Shown piece after piece: positions 14,466 to 38,023 of a DNA stretch of 64,000 bases. The position numbers were made by a program, and so were the translations under genes. The notes below the pieces were generated by a model. That model had not been told where the DNA came from, searched no databases, and saw nothing but the letters and a program-made list of their open reading frames with translations. How positions within the stretch are numbered: the stretch's first letter is position 1; every line of letters starts with the position of its first letter. This stretch comes from the human T2T-CHM13v2.0 reference genome, Homo sapiens, in the NCBI RefSeq assembly GCF_009914755.1, contig NC_060925.1. One strand, written 5' to 3'.

Positions 14466-15456
14466 AGCTTTTTGTCAGGTATGATACCACAGTTGTCCTG
14501 TAGGATTTAATTAAAATACCTGGAATTCCCCAACTTATACCTTTCCTAAGTACTCCAAAAATATAAAATATAATTATGAAGGAGCTATCCCAAGATGATA
14601 CTGAAAACACTTACAAGTGGGCAGATGGACTTGGTTGCCTCTTAACGGTAGAAATAGTTTTGCCTTATTTACCTGACATTACATTGCGTGGTCTCAGATT
14701 TGGATAGCAATAATAATTTTTAAGATGGATGATTATTTAGGATTAGGGATATGTCTGTAGCCATAGTATCGAGTAACCCTGAACCTCACAGGAATTAAAC
14801 TTATTACTTGGAATTCATTAGCACCTCACTCTTAACCTCTGAGTTAACTAGCCACAGATCAAATAGATCAAATTGCACTTTATAATGGAATAATATATTA
14901 TTAAAAATGAAAGCCATTCCATTTGTTTATTAAAAATTCATTACTTAAAAAAAAGGCCTAATGTCACATGTTAAATTATTTGTTGTCATTTGGAAAAAGA
15001 GAAAGATTTACTTAAAAAGAACGAGTCAGCCATTTTAGATCCTGAGTGAATAAAATGCATGTTTCTTTGGTGCCAACTAGATTTCCCCTTATTCATCTAT
15101 TTCTCTTAAAATGCTTGTAGAAATATTTTGATGCAATGCTTCCATTCAGGGTACAAAGGAGATGAAAGAAAAATACTCTGGCAGAGTATTTAATCAGGTA
15201 TATTATTAGATAAGGATAGCTTTAGTTAAAGCAGCATCTACAGATTAGAATTCCTTCTTTTTAAAATGTTCATGGAAAATAAGTGATATAAACTTCTCTT
15301 CACCAAATAAGAATTTTAGGAAATAAAAGATTATCAAAAGAGTCCTGGATTCTTTATTATTTCTGCCTGTAAGCTATTATTATTCTGTAAGTGGGGAAAT
15401 TACTATAAACTGTCATACTTTCAGAAAGAATTGTCTTCACCTAAACACCTCCTTTA

Positions 15457-15616
15457 TGTGTATAATTATAATATCTCTTATATATGTGTGTATATATATC
15501 TTACATATATATAAATATGTGGATTTAGCTACATACACACATATATACATATGTACACATAGGGTATATATGTACTATATATGCCTCTATAGCTTATATA
15601 TGTCTGAATGTATATG
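15457..15616. repeat. TA/CA-rich low-complexity tract
   Basis: Degenerate (TA)n/(TATG)n. Confidence 0.8.
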
Positions 15617-16357
15617 AGCTAAGCTAGGTCTTTTGTGTAAATTATTATATAGACATTTCTTGATATTTCAAGATGCTTCCAAATCCATTTTATAATTTCC
15701 TCATCATAAAAGTGTGAGATGTTTATAAGAGAAGAAATCATGGTACAAAGAGTTAAGTTAAACGTTCTGTCCGAGATCACAGAGCAGAAGCCAGATGAGA
15801 GCCCGGTTGCCCGATGCTCCCTGTTGACGATGCTGCCACCCTCGCTTGATAGGCTTTGCTCCAGCTGAGTCTGAGAAGGACACCATGTCCCCATTTCAAT
15901 TTCCTTGAATCAATTCACTCAAACAAAAGGTCACTTTAGACAGAAATCCAGTTTGACTGATTTCTCTCACTGTATTGACTAGTTTAAATAAAATGAGCAA
16001 ATCAGTATCTTTATTTCTGTGTCACACAGACATAGCCCATATACTAACCAGGTGCTGTAACACCAGCCTCCACGACACATTTAAAACCCTGTCTTCTGAA
16101 TTAAATACCTTTCTCTCAAATTAGAAAGTGACTAAAAGGCAGGACAGAAAAAAAAAAAAAGATAGCTGATGACCCCTTCCTAAGCAAACATTTTTCAAAT
16201 ACAAAGGCTAAAAAAAAAAAGCTGTGTTTAAAAATTGCAACCACCAGGGAGCAAATGTATCGATCGTGTCATTATTTTTTTCCTCCTCGTTGCTAGGATG
16301 TGGTCTATATTAAAAGACAGTTGTTGCCTTGGTGAAAATCTTCCCGGAGCAAAGTGA

Positions 16358-16377
16358 TAGTGCTCCCCCTGCTGACC
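16358..16377 (-). promoter_or_regulatory. CTCF core motif (GGTCAGCAGGGGGAGCACTA on minus strand)
   Basis: Close match to the CTCF consensus CCASYAGRKGGCRS in apparently non-repeat sequence. Binding cannot be shown from sequence. Confidence 0.65.
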
Positions 16378-16636
16378 AAGAAGTCCAGGATATTGTTTTC
16401 TTGTTTTGCTTTGTTTTGCTTTTTTTCAGTTTAAAACAAAATGAAAAGGGCAATTAGACATCTTTAGCAAATAACTTTGGGCTTTACCTGCAAAACTGTA
16501 TTGCATTGCAAGAATATCAGAAACTTACTGAAATGATGCCTGAAATGTTCTTTCCTGCTACATATGAGACAAAAAGCAAATTCTGACCATGTGCCACTGC
16601 TTGAGGTTGTCTTTGTTTCTTCTCTCTCTCCTGCTC

Positions 16637-16942
16637 TTTTTTTTTTTTTTTTTTTTAAGAGTCTTGCTCTGTCGCCCAGGCTGGAGTACAGTAGCATGGT
16701 AGCATGATCTCGGCTTACTGCAACCTCAGTCTCCCGGGTTCAAGCAATTCTCCTGCCTCAGCCTCCCAAGTAGCTGGAACTACAGGTGTGCACCATCAGG
16801 CCCAGCTAATTTTTGTATTTTTAGTAGAGGCAGGGTTTCACCACGTTGGCCAGGCTTGTCTTGAACTCCTCACCTCAAGTCATCCACCCACCTTAGCCTC
16901 CCAAAGTGCTGAGATTACAGGCATGAGCCACCGCGCCCAGCC
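16637..16942 (-). mobile_element. AluS
   Basis: Poly(T) followed by an antisense Alu dimer. Confidence 0.93.
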
Positions 16943-17259
16943 TGTTTTTTCTAACTCAGGGTGGGCCTGGTGACTCAGATCCTTCTCACCTTACTAATTA
17001 TTTTGGGATGCCACTGAATTTTTGTAAAGGCCCAGGACAGGAAATTGCTTATAATATTAACTAGTGACTTTTACTAAGCACTAGTTACTTGTAATGAAGG
17101 AAAAGGAGAAAGAGAGAGAATTCCACAGAGGTCTTAAGTGTCTTGCACCTCAGGTTTTATTGAATGCATCTAACATTAAAGCTGAGAAGTGGTAGGAGTG
17201 GCCTGGTCAGCTTGTGGTGGGGCAGGTGAGCCCCACCGAATGTGAGGTGCCTGCAATTT

Positions 17260-18400
17260 ATCCAGTTAGCTATTAGCAGAGGGAGTAGAGTTCAGGAGAA
17301 AGACTGGGGCATGGAGTTACCAATTTTTAAGTCATCAACCTATATGTTACAGTTGAAATCACGAGTATGCATGAGATCATCCTAAGAAAGAATGTAGAAA
17401 ATGAAAAGACGATTGAGCATAGAAACTTGGGGAACATCACCAGCACTTGAAGAATAGGCAGAAGAGGAACCATTAATGGAAAAGTGAAACAGAAAGCTTA
17501 GAGATTTTGGAGAAAAACTAAGAGAAATTATTATTGGATTGAAGTCAAAGGAGAAGAAAATTTCAAGAAAGAAGTCAACAGTGTTAAAAACCAAAGACAT
17601 GCCAAGAAGGATGAGAACTTCAAGAAACCACTGGCTTTGTTAAGAGGACCCTGGTCACCCCAAGAGAGTTTCAGTATGGTAGTGTGAAAATTGGGTGAAA
17701 GCCCAATTTTAGTGGCTCTTTAAATGATAAATGAGAAAGTGAAAGTAATGAGGACAAACAACACAATGAAGACATTTGGCAATAATCAAGAGAAGCAAGG
17801 TAGCACCCTGATGAGAGACTGACTGACTTGAACATGTTTGAAGGTTAATGAGGAAGAGCCAATGAAGAGGGAGAGACAAACAAGAGAAGAAATTATTGGT
17901 TCTACCAGATTCAAGAGAAGCTGGGAGGGAGGAAAGGAACAAGAGCACTAATTGAGTTTGGAAAAGAGTAAGAATACATTTTCTTCTTGGACAACTAGGA
18001 AGTAGGAAAGGAGGTACACGTGACTTTTGAATGGTGGAGGATGATTTTAGGAAGATAGCATGGAGATGAGGGCAAAGAGAGACAAAGATTGCATGCTACA
18101 GCAGTTGTTATTGAAGGAAAGGAAGATCAAACCAACTAAAAATGTGTAAAAGCTTCTCGAGGCAGTATAAAGGGAACAGTAAAACAAGAAATATAAAACT
18201 AAAAGAGATGAACATTGGTGTGGTTGAGCACTTTTCTCCAGCAGCAACAGGTAAACCAAAGGTGAGAGAAAAAAAAAACTAGTAATTGGGTAGATTCAGA
18301 GTTATAGATTGCCATGGCCAATGGAGCAGACAAAAGAGCAGTATCCTGGTGAGATGGCAGCAGTGAATGTTTGGCTGTGGCATACAGGAGGAACATGAAA
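17260..18400 (-). mobile_element. Degraded L2
   Basis: Purine-rich sequence with L2-like motifs (ttttaagtcatcaacctatatg...gagatcatcctaag). Boundaries approximate. Confidence 0.5.
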
Positions 18401-18729
18401 GGAAATAAAGTCATCATGGAGAGAAAGGATGGGCTGAAGGGGGAAGGGTGAGGTTGACAGTTTTTGACACTAAGATGGGATCCAGAGAACAGAGAGGCTG
18501 AAGGGACTGAAATGCTGATTCAATGGGAGACTGAAAGAGCTGAAGTCTGGAAGGGGTTTTGAGAATTCAGGATGGCTAGGAAGGCCTATAGGTTGCTGAA
18601 GGGGATGTTCAGGAGCACTCTGAGGCAGAGTGAATAAAGAGCCTGATGCCCTAACCCTTGCAGAATGTGGGAAGATGAACCTAAATATCAGGTTACAATG
18701 ACTGTAAGAGGGGAATAGGCTCCAATTTT

Positions 18730-18950
18730 TTAAGCCCCTACTATGTACCTGGCATACTGTGGGAGTAATCGGCACATTAACTCATTCAATTCTCATTTAT
18801 TTGTTGCCCCCACGTGAGAAGTCAGTATTATTCCCATTTTACAGAAGATGAAACTGAAGCTCAGAAAGATTAAGTTATTCTTTTCCCAAGGTCACTCAGC
18901 TAGTAAATGACAAAGGTAGAATGATAATGTTCCCCAGGCTGTAAGCTCCA
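18730..18950 (-). mobile_element. MIR
   Basis: cccattttacagaagatgaaactgaagctcagaaagattaag. Confidence 0.75.
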
Positions 18951-21921
18951 TACTGTGTAGTTCAGTCTTGTGTCCTTAGCAGCAAACAATGCCAAGCACA
19001 TTTTAGGAGCCTAAAAAATTTTTCAAGAAAGAAAGGGAAGAAGGAAGAAAAATAAATCATAAATTATTGACAAAAAAAATGAATAGAGGAAGGAAGGAAG
19101 GACTTGACAGCCCACATGCTTTCTTCTATATTCCCTTGCCTTCTCAAAATATATGGTCTAACAGGATGGCAAAATTTAATTACCAGCTGTAAAACATGAA
19201 GAAGTCCTCCAATTGCTCCCTTCTTCTTCCCCCACCATTCACATAGATTTTATTTTTAAATCAGAGCCTAAGCTAAATTAAGATTTCTACATCAAGCCTT
19301 CCTGGTTATCTTCTATCTGTCCTAAATTGTCATATGGAGCACGTAAATAAAACAATCTGTTCTTCTCTAACATGGACCTTTCCAGAAACTATCACAACTA
19401 CCAGTTTCATGCCAATCCTCCCTCTGCTTCCACTAAAGTAATGCAAATGCATCTAGATGCCTCTGAGGACAGAAACAATTGATATGAAAGAAAATTCAGC
19501 TGGATTTTGCTGGTCAAAAGCTGAAGTGAGAACAAGAAATGTTTTGTGTCTTTGCAGACTCCCAGGGAAGTGCTTTCTCACCACAGTCGCTGGAAGGGAG
19601 AACATTTTCACAAGTCTCTATTTTTGCTAAATATTTTTAAGAGTGTAATGTTATAATAAGAGAAAACTTAGCACTTGTGTACAGGCTCTTGGAATATTTT
19701 CAAGGACCCTCGTCAACCAAACCTAGCCTCATGACACTCACTGCTGCAAAGTGTTGTTAAGCCTGTGACTGGCAGGGAGCTGGCGTGAGACCCTCTAAGT
19801 AGGTTGGAGGCAGGCAGACAATAGTCTCAAGTTCATGAGAACAGAGATCAGACCTCCAAGGGGAAGGAGGAAGTACAAAGTGAAACTCTTTGGCAATCTT
19901 CATCTAGCAAATCAGGCAGTTTTCGGAGGTCTTCTGTAGAGTACTATGTTGATGGCATGTGTAGGCTGTTCTGGGAATTCAGAGGTGACAAGTTGAAGGA
20001 CAGTGGGGACACACTGCCCCTCCATCCAGCACAGCTCCACTCTTACTTGTTTTATAAACTAGATATCCAAATAAGGTTTCTTTTAAGCAAAGATCATGCT
20101 AATTAAACAAAACAAACAAACAAAAAAAACACAGATAAGCTCCAACGTTCTTTCTAGTTCTAAAAATATGCTATGATCATAATTCTATGAAGCAGCTACC
20201 CTAAAGGTGGAACGCTGATATTTGCCATGGTTTAAGGAGATCCATAAAGATCTGTTTGTTCAAAAATCTATCCTGTAAAATTCTAGATGGAGGATTGAAG
20301 AAGGGAAGGTGGCTAGGAGAGACCCAGAGTGCTCTTGGGATGAAGGGGGTCTGTCAAGTGATCCTGAGGGAACTCAAGGAGTCAAAGGGCAGTGTGGGGG
20401 GCCCTGAGGGCCTGTAAAGGAGAAGGGCCTTGAACAAGACTATGGAGTGCTTAGGAAAATTCCACACTGCAACTAAAACTGGCCCTAAACCCAGAGTAGG
20501 CAAAAAGCTAGGATTCTTTCTGGTATCAAGGGAAACATAATTAAGGAAACACAGGTGATAATCCTTCCTAGAATTGACAGAGCTATTCCTCAAGGTCTGA
20601 ATACTGGGTTTGTGTCAAACTAACAAGCTTGGCTAATGAGAGGGAATTAGCATCTATAATAAGACAAGGTGAAATAAATGTTTAAGAACTTTGGAAATGG
20701 ATGGGAAGTAGAAGGATAAATGAAAATAGATCCTTGTCTATTCTAAGCCTGAGGAAGAGATAAGACAGTGATACTCAAATCCATGGTCAATAAAGAAAAG
20801 GTGATGTTCTACACATATTTGTAATATTTTATGTAGCTAGGATTCATTTTTAGTTTATGGCTAATAACACCTAAGGACAGTTGCTATTAGTAGAAAAGTA
20901 TAAATGGGAGGCAATCTATACATTCACTAGGCTATTTCTTTTGACTCTTGAAAATCTTCATCCTCCCACAGCAGCCTGCATGTAGTAAGTGTTCAACAGA
21001 TGTATGTTGAATGAACAAATAATGAAAGATTTTTGTGAGTATCAAGCCATGGGATAGAGTCTCTTGGCGGTGGGTGGTGGGGGAAGGTGGATCCTTGGGA
21101 GCTCTCATCTCAGTGTTAGTGGAAGATCTTCAACACTATTACAGATTTTAAGACTCTAATGATACCTGTGTGGAAAGGTGCCATAAGGAATCTCTGCAAA
21201 TTAAAAAATATGCTAAACCTCTTACAGTATATATAGAAACAGCAGTCTGCTGTCAGGGACTAGTTTGGGGAGTAATAATGTTAAAGTTTTCCAAGCATTA
21301 ATTACAAAAAATAAAGTGAATTCAGTATGATAGCAATGCAGTGCAGTCGAGTGCATTTAATATAATTCTAGGAAAACACAAACAGTGCAATGTAAATAAA
21401 GATTTTTCTGGAAAGTAGGACTGGTGCGAAAGCTGGTGTAAGTTTCACACCAGCTGTGTGACTGGTGTGAGTTTCTATATATAAAAGTAAAGAAAGCATC
21501 TTTTAACATTGTTTCTTGTCAACAGATCTTCCTAGTTGAAATCGTGTGAACCTACACTAATAGTCAGGAACAAACTGCTCTTTTCCATCTAAATGTCCTA
21601 AATTCATTCTACATGTCACAATTTTGTAACATGGGATGTTTTTAAAAACACATAATATTAATTAGAATCATGATTGTATTTCTATTCCCAAATCTGAACA
21701 CTTGTTTTTTAAATAAAAATCTCCTTGATGACTACTATTCAGCCAATGGTTCAATTTCTAGAAAGGATTCCCTACTTTGTGTTCAACTTTTTTACTATAT
21801 GGTAACTCATTATTAATAACAAACCTTAATCATGACAAATACCCCTGGAAATTAGTAACAAATTCTCAGTTCATGAGGGCATGCATATTCCAGAATAAAT
21901 GATGGGGTGATTATAAAATCA

Positions 21922-22845
<924 letters not shown>

Positions 22846-22945
22846 GCCAAATAGCACCAACTGCCTGAACCAAAAATAAATAGGAAAAAGTGAAAAAATA
22901 TGTAACAAATTCATTAAGCTTTACTACTTTGTACCAACTACTTTT

Positions 22946-24319
<1,374 letters not shown>

Positions 24320-25155
24320 AACCAATTGCTTTTGATAAAATTAAAACACTTATATAAATCACATCCTCTGATTCGTGGATTTTTTCATTTATCCAAAGGT
24401 TTCTATCTTCTATCCCACAAAACCTCCCAAAGATGATGTAGTAAATAGCAAAAGCAGTGCTTTGCTTTTCATCCACTGTGTCTATTCCTCAACACCAACT
24501 TAAAGGTACAGTAAGAGAGATTAGGAGTAAGAGCAAAAAATACAGATAATGTCAAATTGGGCAAACAATCTCAGAAAAAAAGACATTTTGTCTTATCAAT
24601 GGAAATTATCAAGTGTGGGCACAACACGAATTTTCTTTAAAGAGACAACCTATCTGGTTTCAGCTGCTGAAGCTACTGAATTACAATGGATATACATATA
24701 TATAGATACATAAGTATGTACACAGATACACGTATATATACACACTCAAGGACTAGAAGATAATTCTCATTACACAAGGAGGCAGTGTTGTGCAGAAAAA
24801 CCAAAGATTCTACTTCCTTAGCTAAGTCACAGACATGAATCATCACCATCAACCCAAAACCACTAAAGAAAAAAAACAGCATAATTTTCCGTATGACTAT
24901 TGGTACAACTTCTCCAAAATTATCTTCTCAATGAAAGTTGATGTTGCAAGAAACCCAACACAGATGCATTTATAAAACCCCACTGGAAGGTATTCTGTGT
25001 GAATATGCACTAAGAATGCAATCTTGCTTCAGGTCAAGATTTTGCCTTCTGTAGGAACTTCCATAAGATTTTCTTTGCAAAAGCTTTTAAGAAGGTAACT
25101 TTAAATGTAAAAAAAGTGATGGTTTCTTATCACCATTTAAATTCTACAACTTTTG

Positions 25156-31622
<6,467 letters not shown>

Positions 31623-32675
31623 GACACATTTACCATATGACCTAGCAGTTTCACTCCTACCTGTCTACCACAAAGAAATAAAAATGTATGTCTACAAAAA
31701 TAAATCTACAACTTTTGAAATGTTAAACTTGTTTCAGCAGTAATTCAAGTCTTTACTTCATTTAAATGGAATCTGCAGGTGTCCAGGGCTTTGCCCACTG
31801 TGAGTACCCAGTATCTTCCTTCTGGAATTCTATCAATATCTGATTAACTCACCCTTAGACATAAAGGTATTGACAACGTGTGCCAGGGAGATTAGAGTTA
31901 CAACTCAACAAACTCAGAAATCAGCTGGAGTAATGAGTTGTGCTTGCAAAATTAACTCTGAATTATTACTACTAGGTATATTTTCTGCATAGAACATTAA
32001 CAACAAGCTGGCTTTCTTCTGCTATTAGCTTTCTCCCAAACCCACTTACTCTCTTCTCAGATGGTGGGTGCTCCCCAAAGTAAAGTCATTTTAAATGCCA
32101 TCTGCCTAAAACAGATCAAAATTAGAAGGGAAAATTTGCTACAGGACAATAATGCAATGCATCCCAAGTCCAAACAAGCTACTGGTTCAAAGTTTTGAAT
32201 AATTAGCACCACAGTCCTACTATTTATGACACCAAAAACTGATTGCTAATAGAATTATATCTTTTTTGAAGATAGATGATATTTCTCTTGGTGTACTCCT
32301 AAAGCCTAATCCAGGAGGCTGGGTGACCCAATGAGTTGCATTTTCACAAATTAGTTTCTGGAGAACAGGAGTGTGTGCAGAGCTCTCCCTAGACTCTTAT
32401 AAGTATATCCAAAGATCCCTCTTCCAACTGTTACACATCATTTCTTTTTCAATTCTCCCCTCTATATCAAATCAATGTTGACATATATTTGAATTTGATG
32501 AAAAGTAGATTGCAGGAAACTTTTCAGATATCAGGGTAACCCGAGCATGCTTTGTTATTAAAAGCAGAATCTTTTTAATTGAAAACTCAAGATACTTCAA
32601 AGTTCATTGAAGTTAGATATAATTTTTTTCTATTATACACAAATAAGATAGCTTTAACCATATGCTCTTGCCTAA

Positions 32676-32818
32676 TGTTGGGGTTCAAAAAAAATACCCC
32701 AAAGTGAAGGCCTAAGAAGCAGCCTCAGAGCAAAGTCTCTCTCTGACCTTCTCCTGCCCTCCTGTCTCTCACCCCTCATCCTCCCCCTAGTCAAGCCTAG
32801 TCTAGAAACTAGAATCCA
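32676..32818 (+). mobile_element. ERV1 LTR 5' fragment (MER34/MER39-like)
   Basis: tgttggggttca...ataccccaaa...aagcagcctcagagcaaagtctctctctgaccttctcctgccc. Confidence 0.6.
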
Positions 32819-32819
32819 G

Positions 32820-33120
32820 GGCTGGGTGCAGTGGCCCATGCGTGTAATCCCAGCACTTTGGGAGGCCGAGGCAGGCGGATCTCTTGAGGTCAGGAGTTTG
32901 AGACCAGCCTGGCCAACATGGTGAAACCCCATCTCTACTAAAAATACAAAAGTTAGCCAGGCATGGTGGCGGGAGCTTGTAATCCCAGCTATGTGGGAAG
33001 CTGAGGAGTAGAACTGCTTGAACCCAGGAGGCAGAGGGTGCAGTGAACCCAGATGGTGCCACTGCAATCCAGCCTGAGCGACAGAGCAAGACTCCATCTC
33101 AAAAAAAAAAAAAAAAAAAA
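32820..33120 (+). mobile_element. AluS
   Basis: Full dimer with A tail; aaactagaa on both sides. Confidence 0.93.
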
Positions 33121-33127
33121 CTAGAAC

Positions 33128-33335
33128 ACTTATATGTTAGGCACTGTACTAAGTATTTTACATATGTTCTTTAATTCTCACAATTCTTTGAGATCAACAC
33201 AATTATTATTTCCATTTGAAAGATAAAGTAATTAAGGAACAAAGAGATTAAGCAATGACACCAGGTAGTAAGTGGCAGAGCTAGGACTCAAACCCAGTTC
33301 TACCTGATTCCAAACTCACATTCTTAACTACTCAC
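33128..33335 (-). mobile_element. MIR
   Basis: taggcactgtactaag...agtaagtggcagagctaggactcaaaccca. Confidence 0.7.
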
Positions 33336-35300
33336 AAGATATGACTTTAAGTGACATATGTGAACAATAATAGGAATGAAGAAGTAAAACCAATGCAGGA
33401 CACATTGTGAAGGAGGAATCCATGAAGTTTAGCAACTGTTTCAGTGTATCAGAGAAAGGGGAGGAGTCAGAGATTACTAAGGTTTGAGGGGTGAGTAACT
33501 TGAAGAAGTGACACTGTTCAAAGAAACAGGGAGGTCAGAAAGAGCCCAGCCTCGGAGAGGAAGATGAATTCATACTTAGACAACACTCATTTCTAAGCAG
33601 GGAAATAGTGTATGGAGAAGAGAGCTACCAATTTCATGTTAGTTTATGCCACTCGGCCACCCAGATTCTCCAAACCCCATGTAGAGACTGGACTAGAACT
33701 CCTGGTTCTTGTCTTCCTGAACAGATTTTTCTAACCTCTTCTACTATTTGAACAATCAGCCCAATTTTAAAAGTTAAGTCAGAAGGAAAAATTAAAGAGA
33801 GTGATTAAAAAAGGGGTGGCCTTTTTTCTCCAGGAGTTTCTGGTCTGTGTTTAATTCTAAAGCAACCAACACGTGTCTCTGCACAACAGCCAGCAGCATT
33901 TTGGCACAAGATATTCATGGATTGTCATAATAGGCAATGCTAACCAACTTAGCAGAAATAAGAATTTAACACCTTTATGAAAACTACTGCTTCCTCTACA
34001 CCCACCGTGATCACCAAAGTTTTTTCTGAGAAAAAAAACTCATGATTTGTGATTAGAACGTCAGGTTTCTGCCATTAATTAGTTGTGTGACCTAAGCAAG
34101 TAACTTGATTTTTCTGTACTCATGTAATTCCCTCCTCTATTAACTTGAGTGGGTTGACTATATTCAATTTAACTCAGATTTAACTAACATTTACTCAGCC
34201 AATGCTAGGATTCTTTCCAACACTTTATATTCCATTATTCAAAATGGTAGAAAGAAGGGGCAAAAGGTCTTGAGCCTAAATAGATGAGAGCTGAAAGCAG
34301 TGCTATAGTTCATTTCATGCAATTCTCTTAGTTTATAAACCAAGAAAGTGAGGCCCAGAATCTTGACTCACTGTGGATAAAAAGCTAGTTAGCAACCAAG
34401 TCCAATCTAGAACTGAGCCCTGATTTGCCTTCTTGGGCTTTTCCCGCTACACCACAGTGTCCTTTCTACCCAGCTAGTTTAGGAATGTTTGTCTTAGATC
34501 AACTCAGAATGAGTTACAAAAGGAAAAAACACAAAGCCTGGCTGATCTGAGAGAGATTTATGTGTTGGATTTAAGTTCTTATAAAATAAAATCCCGTAAC
34601 ACTTCAACTGCAACATAAAGTATTAGGCTATGTTACATGCTCTTTATAGCACAGTATAATGGCTAAAGCCTAAGGCAGAACTTCTGTTCTTACTGCCATA
34701 GACACAGCCTAACTTCCAAAAGGTTATTCTGAAGTTGTGAATCCTGAGACAACAAAAAAGAGGTGATGGTGCCCCCCCAACCTGGGTAGCTCACTTGGCC
34801 AAGTCTGCATTTGGTGCCCACTTTGACTTTGCCACTGGAGGATCAAAGGAGGAAAAAGATGCTCAGAGCTAGGTAGAGAGGAAAGAAGGGGGGTGAGGGA
34901 GGGTGCCAGCCAAGCCCTTCAGCAGCATTGCAGATCTCCATCTCTAATTCCTCATCTCTTTACTTCTGGTTCTAAGAAACATACAGAAATAGAGGAACAG
35001 CCAACACAAAATTCAAAAACAGAAACTATAGTGAGAGTTGGCATGGCACTGCCGTAGGAGCTTCTGCCATAGGCAGAAGTACACACTGCCTACCCCAAGA
35101 GCTGGCTCTGCTCACAACTTCCTTGCTGAGCTGTGAGGTTTAATAAGACCCCCTGGTCAATGCCTTAGGTTCCTTAGACACCGGCATTAAATGAACACAG
35201 AAAGACTAATAAATAGAACTAATTCATTGTTTTTATAAATAAGAGTCTTTTTACCTTCTAAATAGGAGTAAAAATGAAAAAGATAAATTTAACCACATTC

Positions 35301-35655
<355 letters not shown>

Positions 35656-35829
35656 TCAAATAACTGCCCACTCTGAACACAAAGGAGCATATCTCCTCTG
35701 ACACTTGCATGTCAAGTCTTTCTAGGGCCCTTTTCTAATTGATAGGCTTTATTATATTCACAATCCTACATCTGATGTACATAATACACCTCTTATTCTA
35801 AAATGAATATTTTTAAATCACAGTAGTGT

Positions 35830-35962
35830 TCATTCATTTATTTATATATCAGCAAATATTTATTGAGTATCACTTACATGCCAGGCACTGTTCTAAGTGC
35901 TAGGAATAGAGCAGTGAACAAAATAAACAAAAATCCTGTGCTCATGGAGCTCACTTTCTAGT
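35830..35962 (-). mobile_element. L2 3' end
   Basis: cattcattta...caaatatttattgag...gccaggcactgttctaag. Confidence 0.75.
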
Positions 35963-36014
35963 TCAAATCTCTCCCTCTTTATTTTCAAAGTGCTCAATTT
36001 CATAAATGCTTGTT

Positions 36015-36464
<450 letters not shown>

Positions 36465-36559
36465 TCAAGTCTCTTTTTCATTTTTGCCAGCCTGCTGTAA
36501 AATAAAATAATTTCCTAGGAAGTATTTCTTCCAAGGCACAGAGTATAAAATATCAACAA

Positions 36560-36887
<328 letters not shown>

Positions 36888-37736
36888 TTATAAACAGAAA
36901 AAAGAGAGACAGCCTGGTAGTGATCACCTTCATTCAGTGAAGTCCTACATTTAGAGACCTTGTCCTCTATGCCAAGCATCAAATTTTTAAAGACCCAATA
37001 AAGTAGCATTTCAAAAACCAACACTAAACGAATTAATAACCTGGCTGAACACTTACTTCAAGGAGGTTCAGAGCTGACCCTCTAGAGCATGGCCTTGGGG
37101 TTCCATGTTGGTTTACGTTCATCTGGACCCGGTGTAGTACTGCTGACTTCCAGTCAGTTGCAACTTCATTTTCATAGTGTCCTGGGTGGTGCAGCCTGAG
37201 GAGGGGTGGGTCAGGCAAATAGGTGTTTCATAATGCAGTCAGGTACAGAGCAAATCCTTTGCCTCTGGGAAGTAAAGTTAAAAGGATAAGAGATTATGAG
37301 AGAAATCCACTATAGCACCAAGGAATGGTAACAAATGTGGAAATGTGGACATCAAAGCCTGGGTAATTAGTAAAGCAAATCTCCAAAGAAAAAAATGGAT
37401 GAAGTCATCTTTCACATTCCCCTTCTAAGCCGACTGGATGAAAGAATAAAGGGATTTATTATTTTATCAGGAAATCAAAAAAAGAGAGAGAGAGAAAAGA
37501 AATATCAGAATGACACAAGCATTTGCTAGCAAAAATAATGCTAAATTCATCTCAAGGTAGCTTCCACTTAGAAGGCAAACCTATAATAAAAGGAATGAAA
37601 TAGGCTTTCTTTGCCACCACTCAAGCAAACTACCATTTACATTACTACTAGCTACATTCATATCCAAAGAAAACAGATGAAGTCAAACACAAGTTTTCAA
37701 ATACTACCAAGGATATACAGGTAAAAAGAAATCATA

Positions 37737-38023
37737 GGCTGGGAGCGGTAGCTTGCACCTGTAATCCCAGAACATTGGGAGGCCAAGGTGAGAGGATCGA
37801 CTTGAACCCAGGAGTTTGAGACCAGCCTGGGTAACGCTGGGAAACCCAGCCCTTTAAAGAAAAAAAAAATTTAGCCAGGCATGGTGGCATGTGCCTGTAG
37901 TCCCATCTACTCAGGAGGAGGCTGAGGCAGAAGGATTGCTTGAGCCCAGGGGTCAAGGCTGCAGTAAGCCATTATCAAACCACTCCACTCCAACCTGGGT
38001 GACAGAGTGAGACCTCATCTCAC
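37737..38023 (+). mobile_element. AluJ
   Basis: J-type; aaaagaaatca on both flanks. Confidence 0.9.

Noticed and set aside
35061-35079. Inverted repeat cttctgcc-ata-ggcagaag
   Set aside because: An isolated 8-bp stem is expected by chance in 64 kb.
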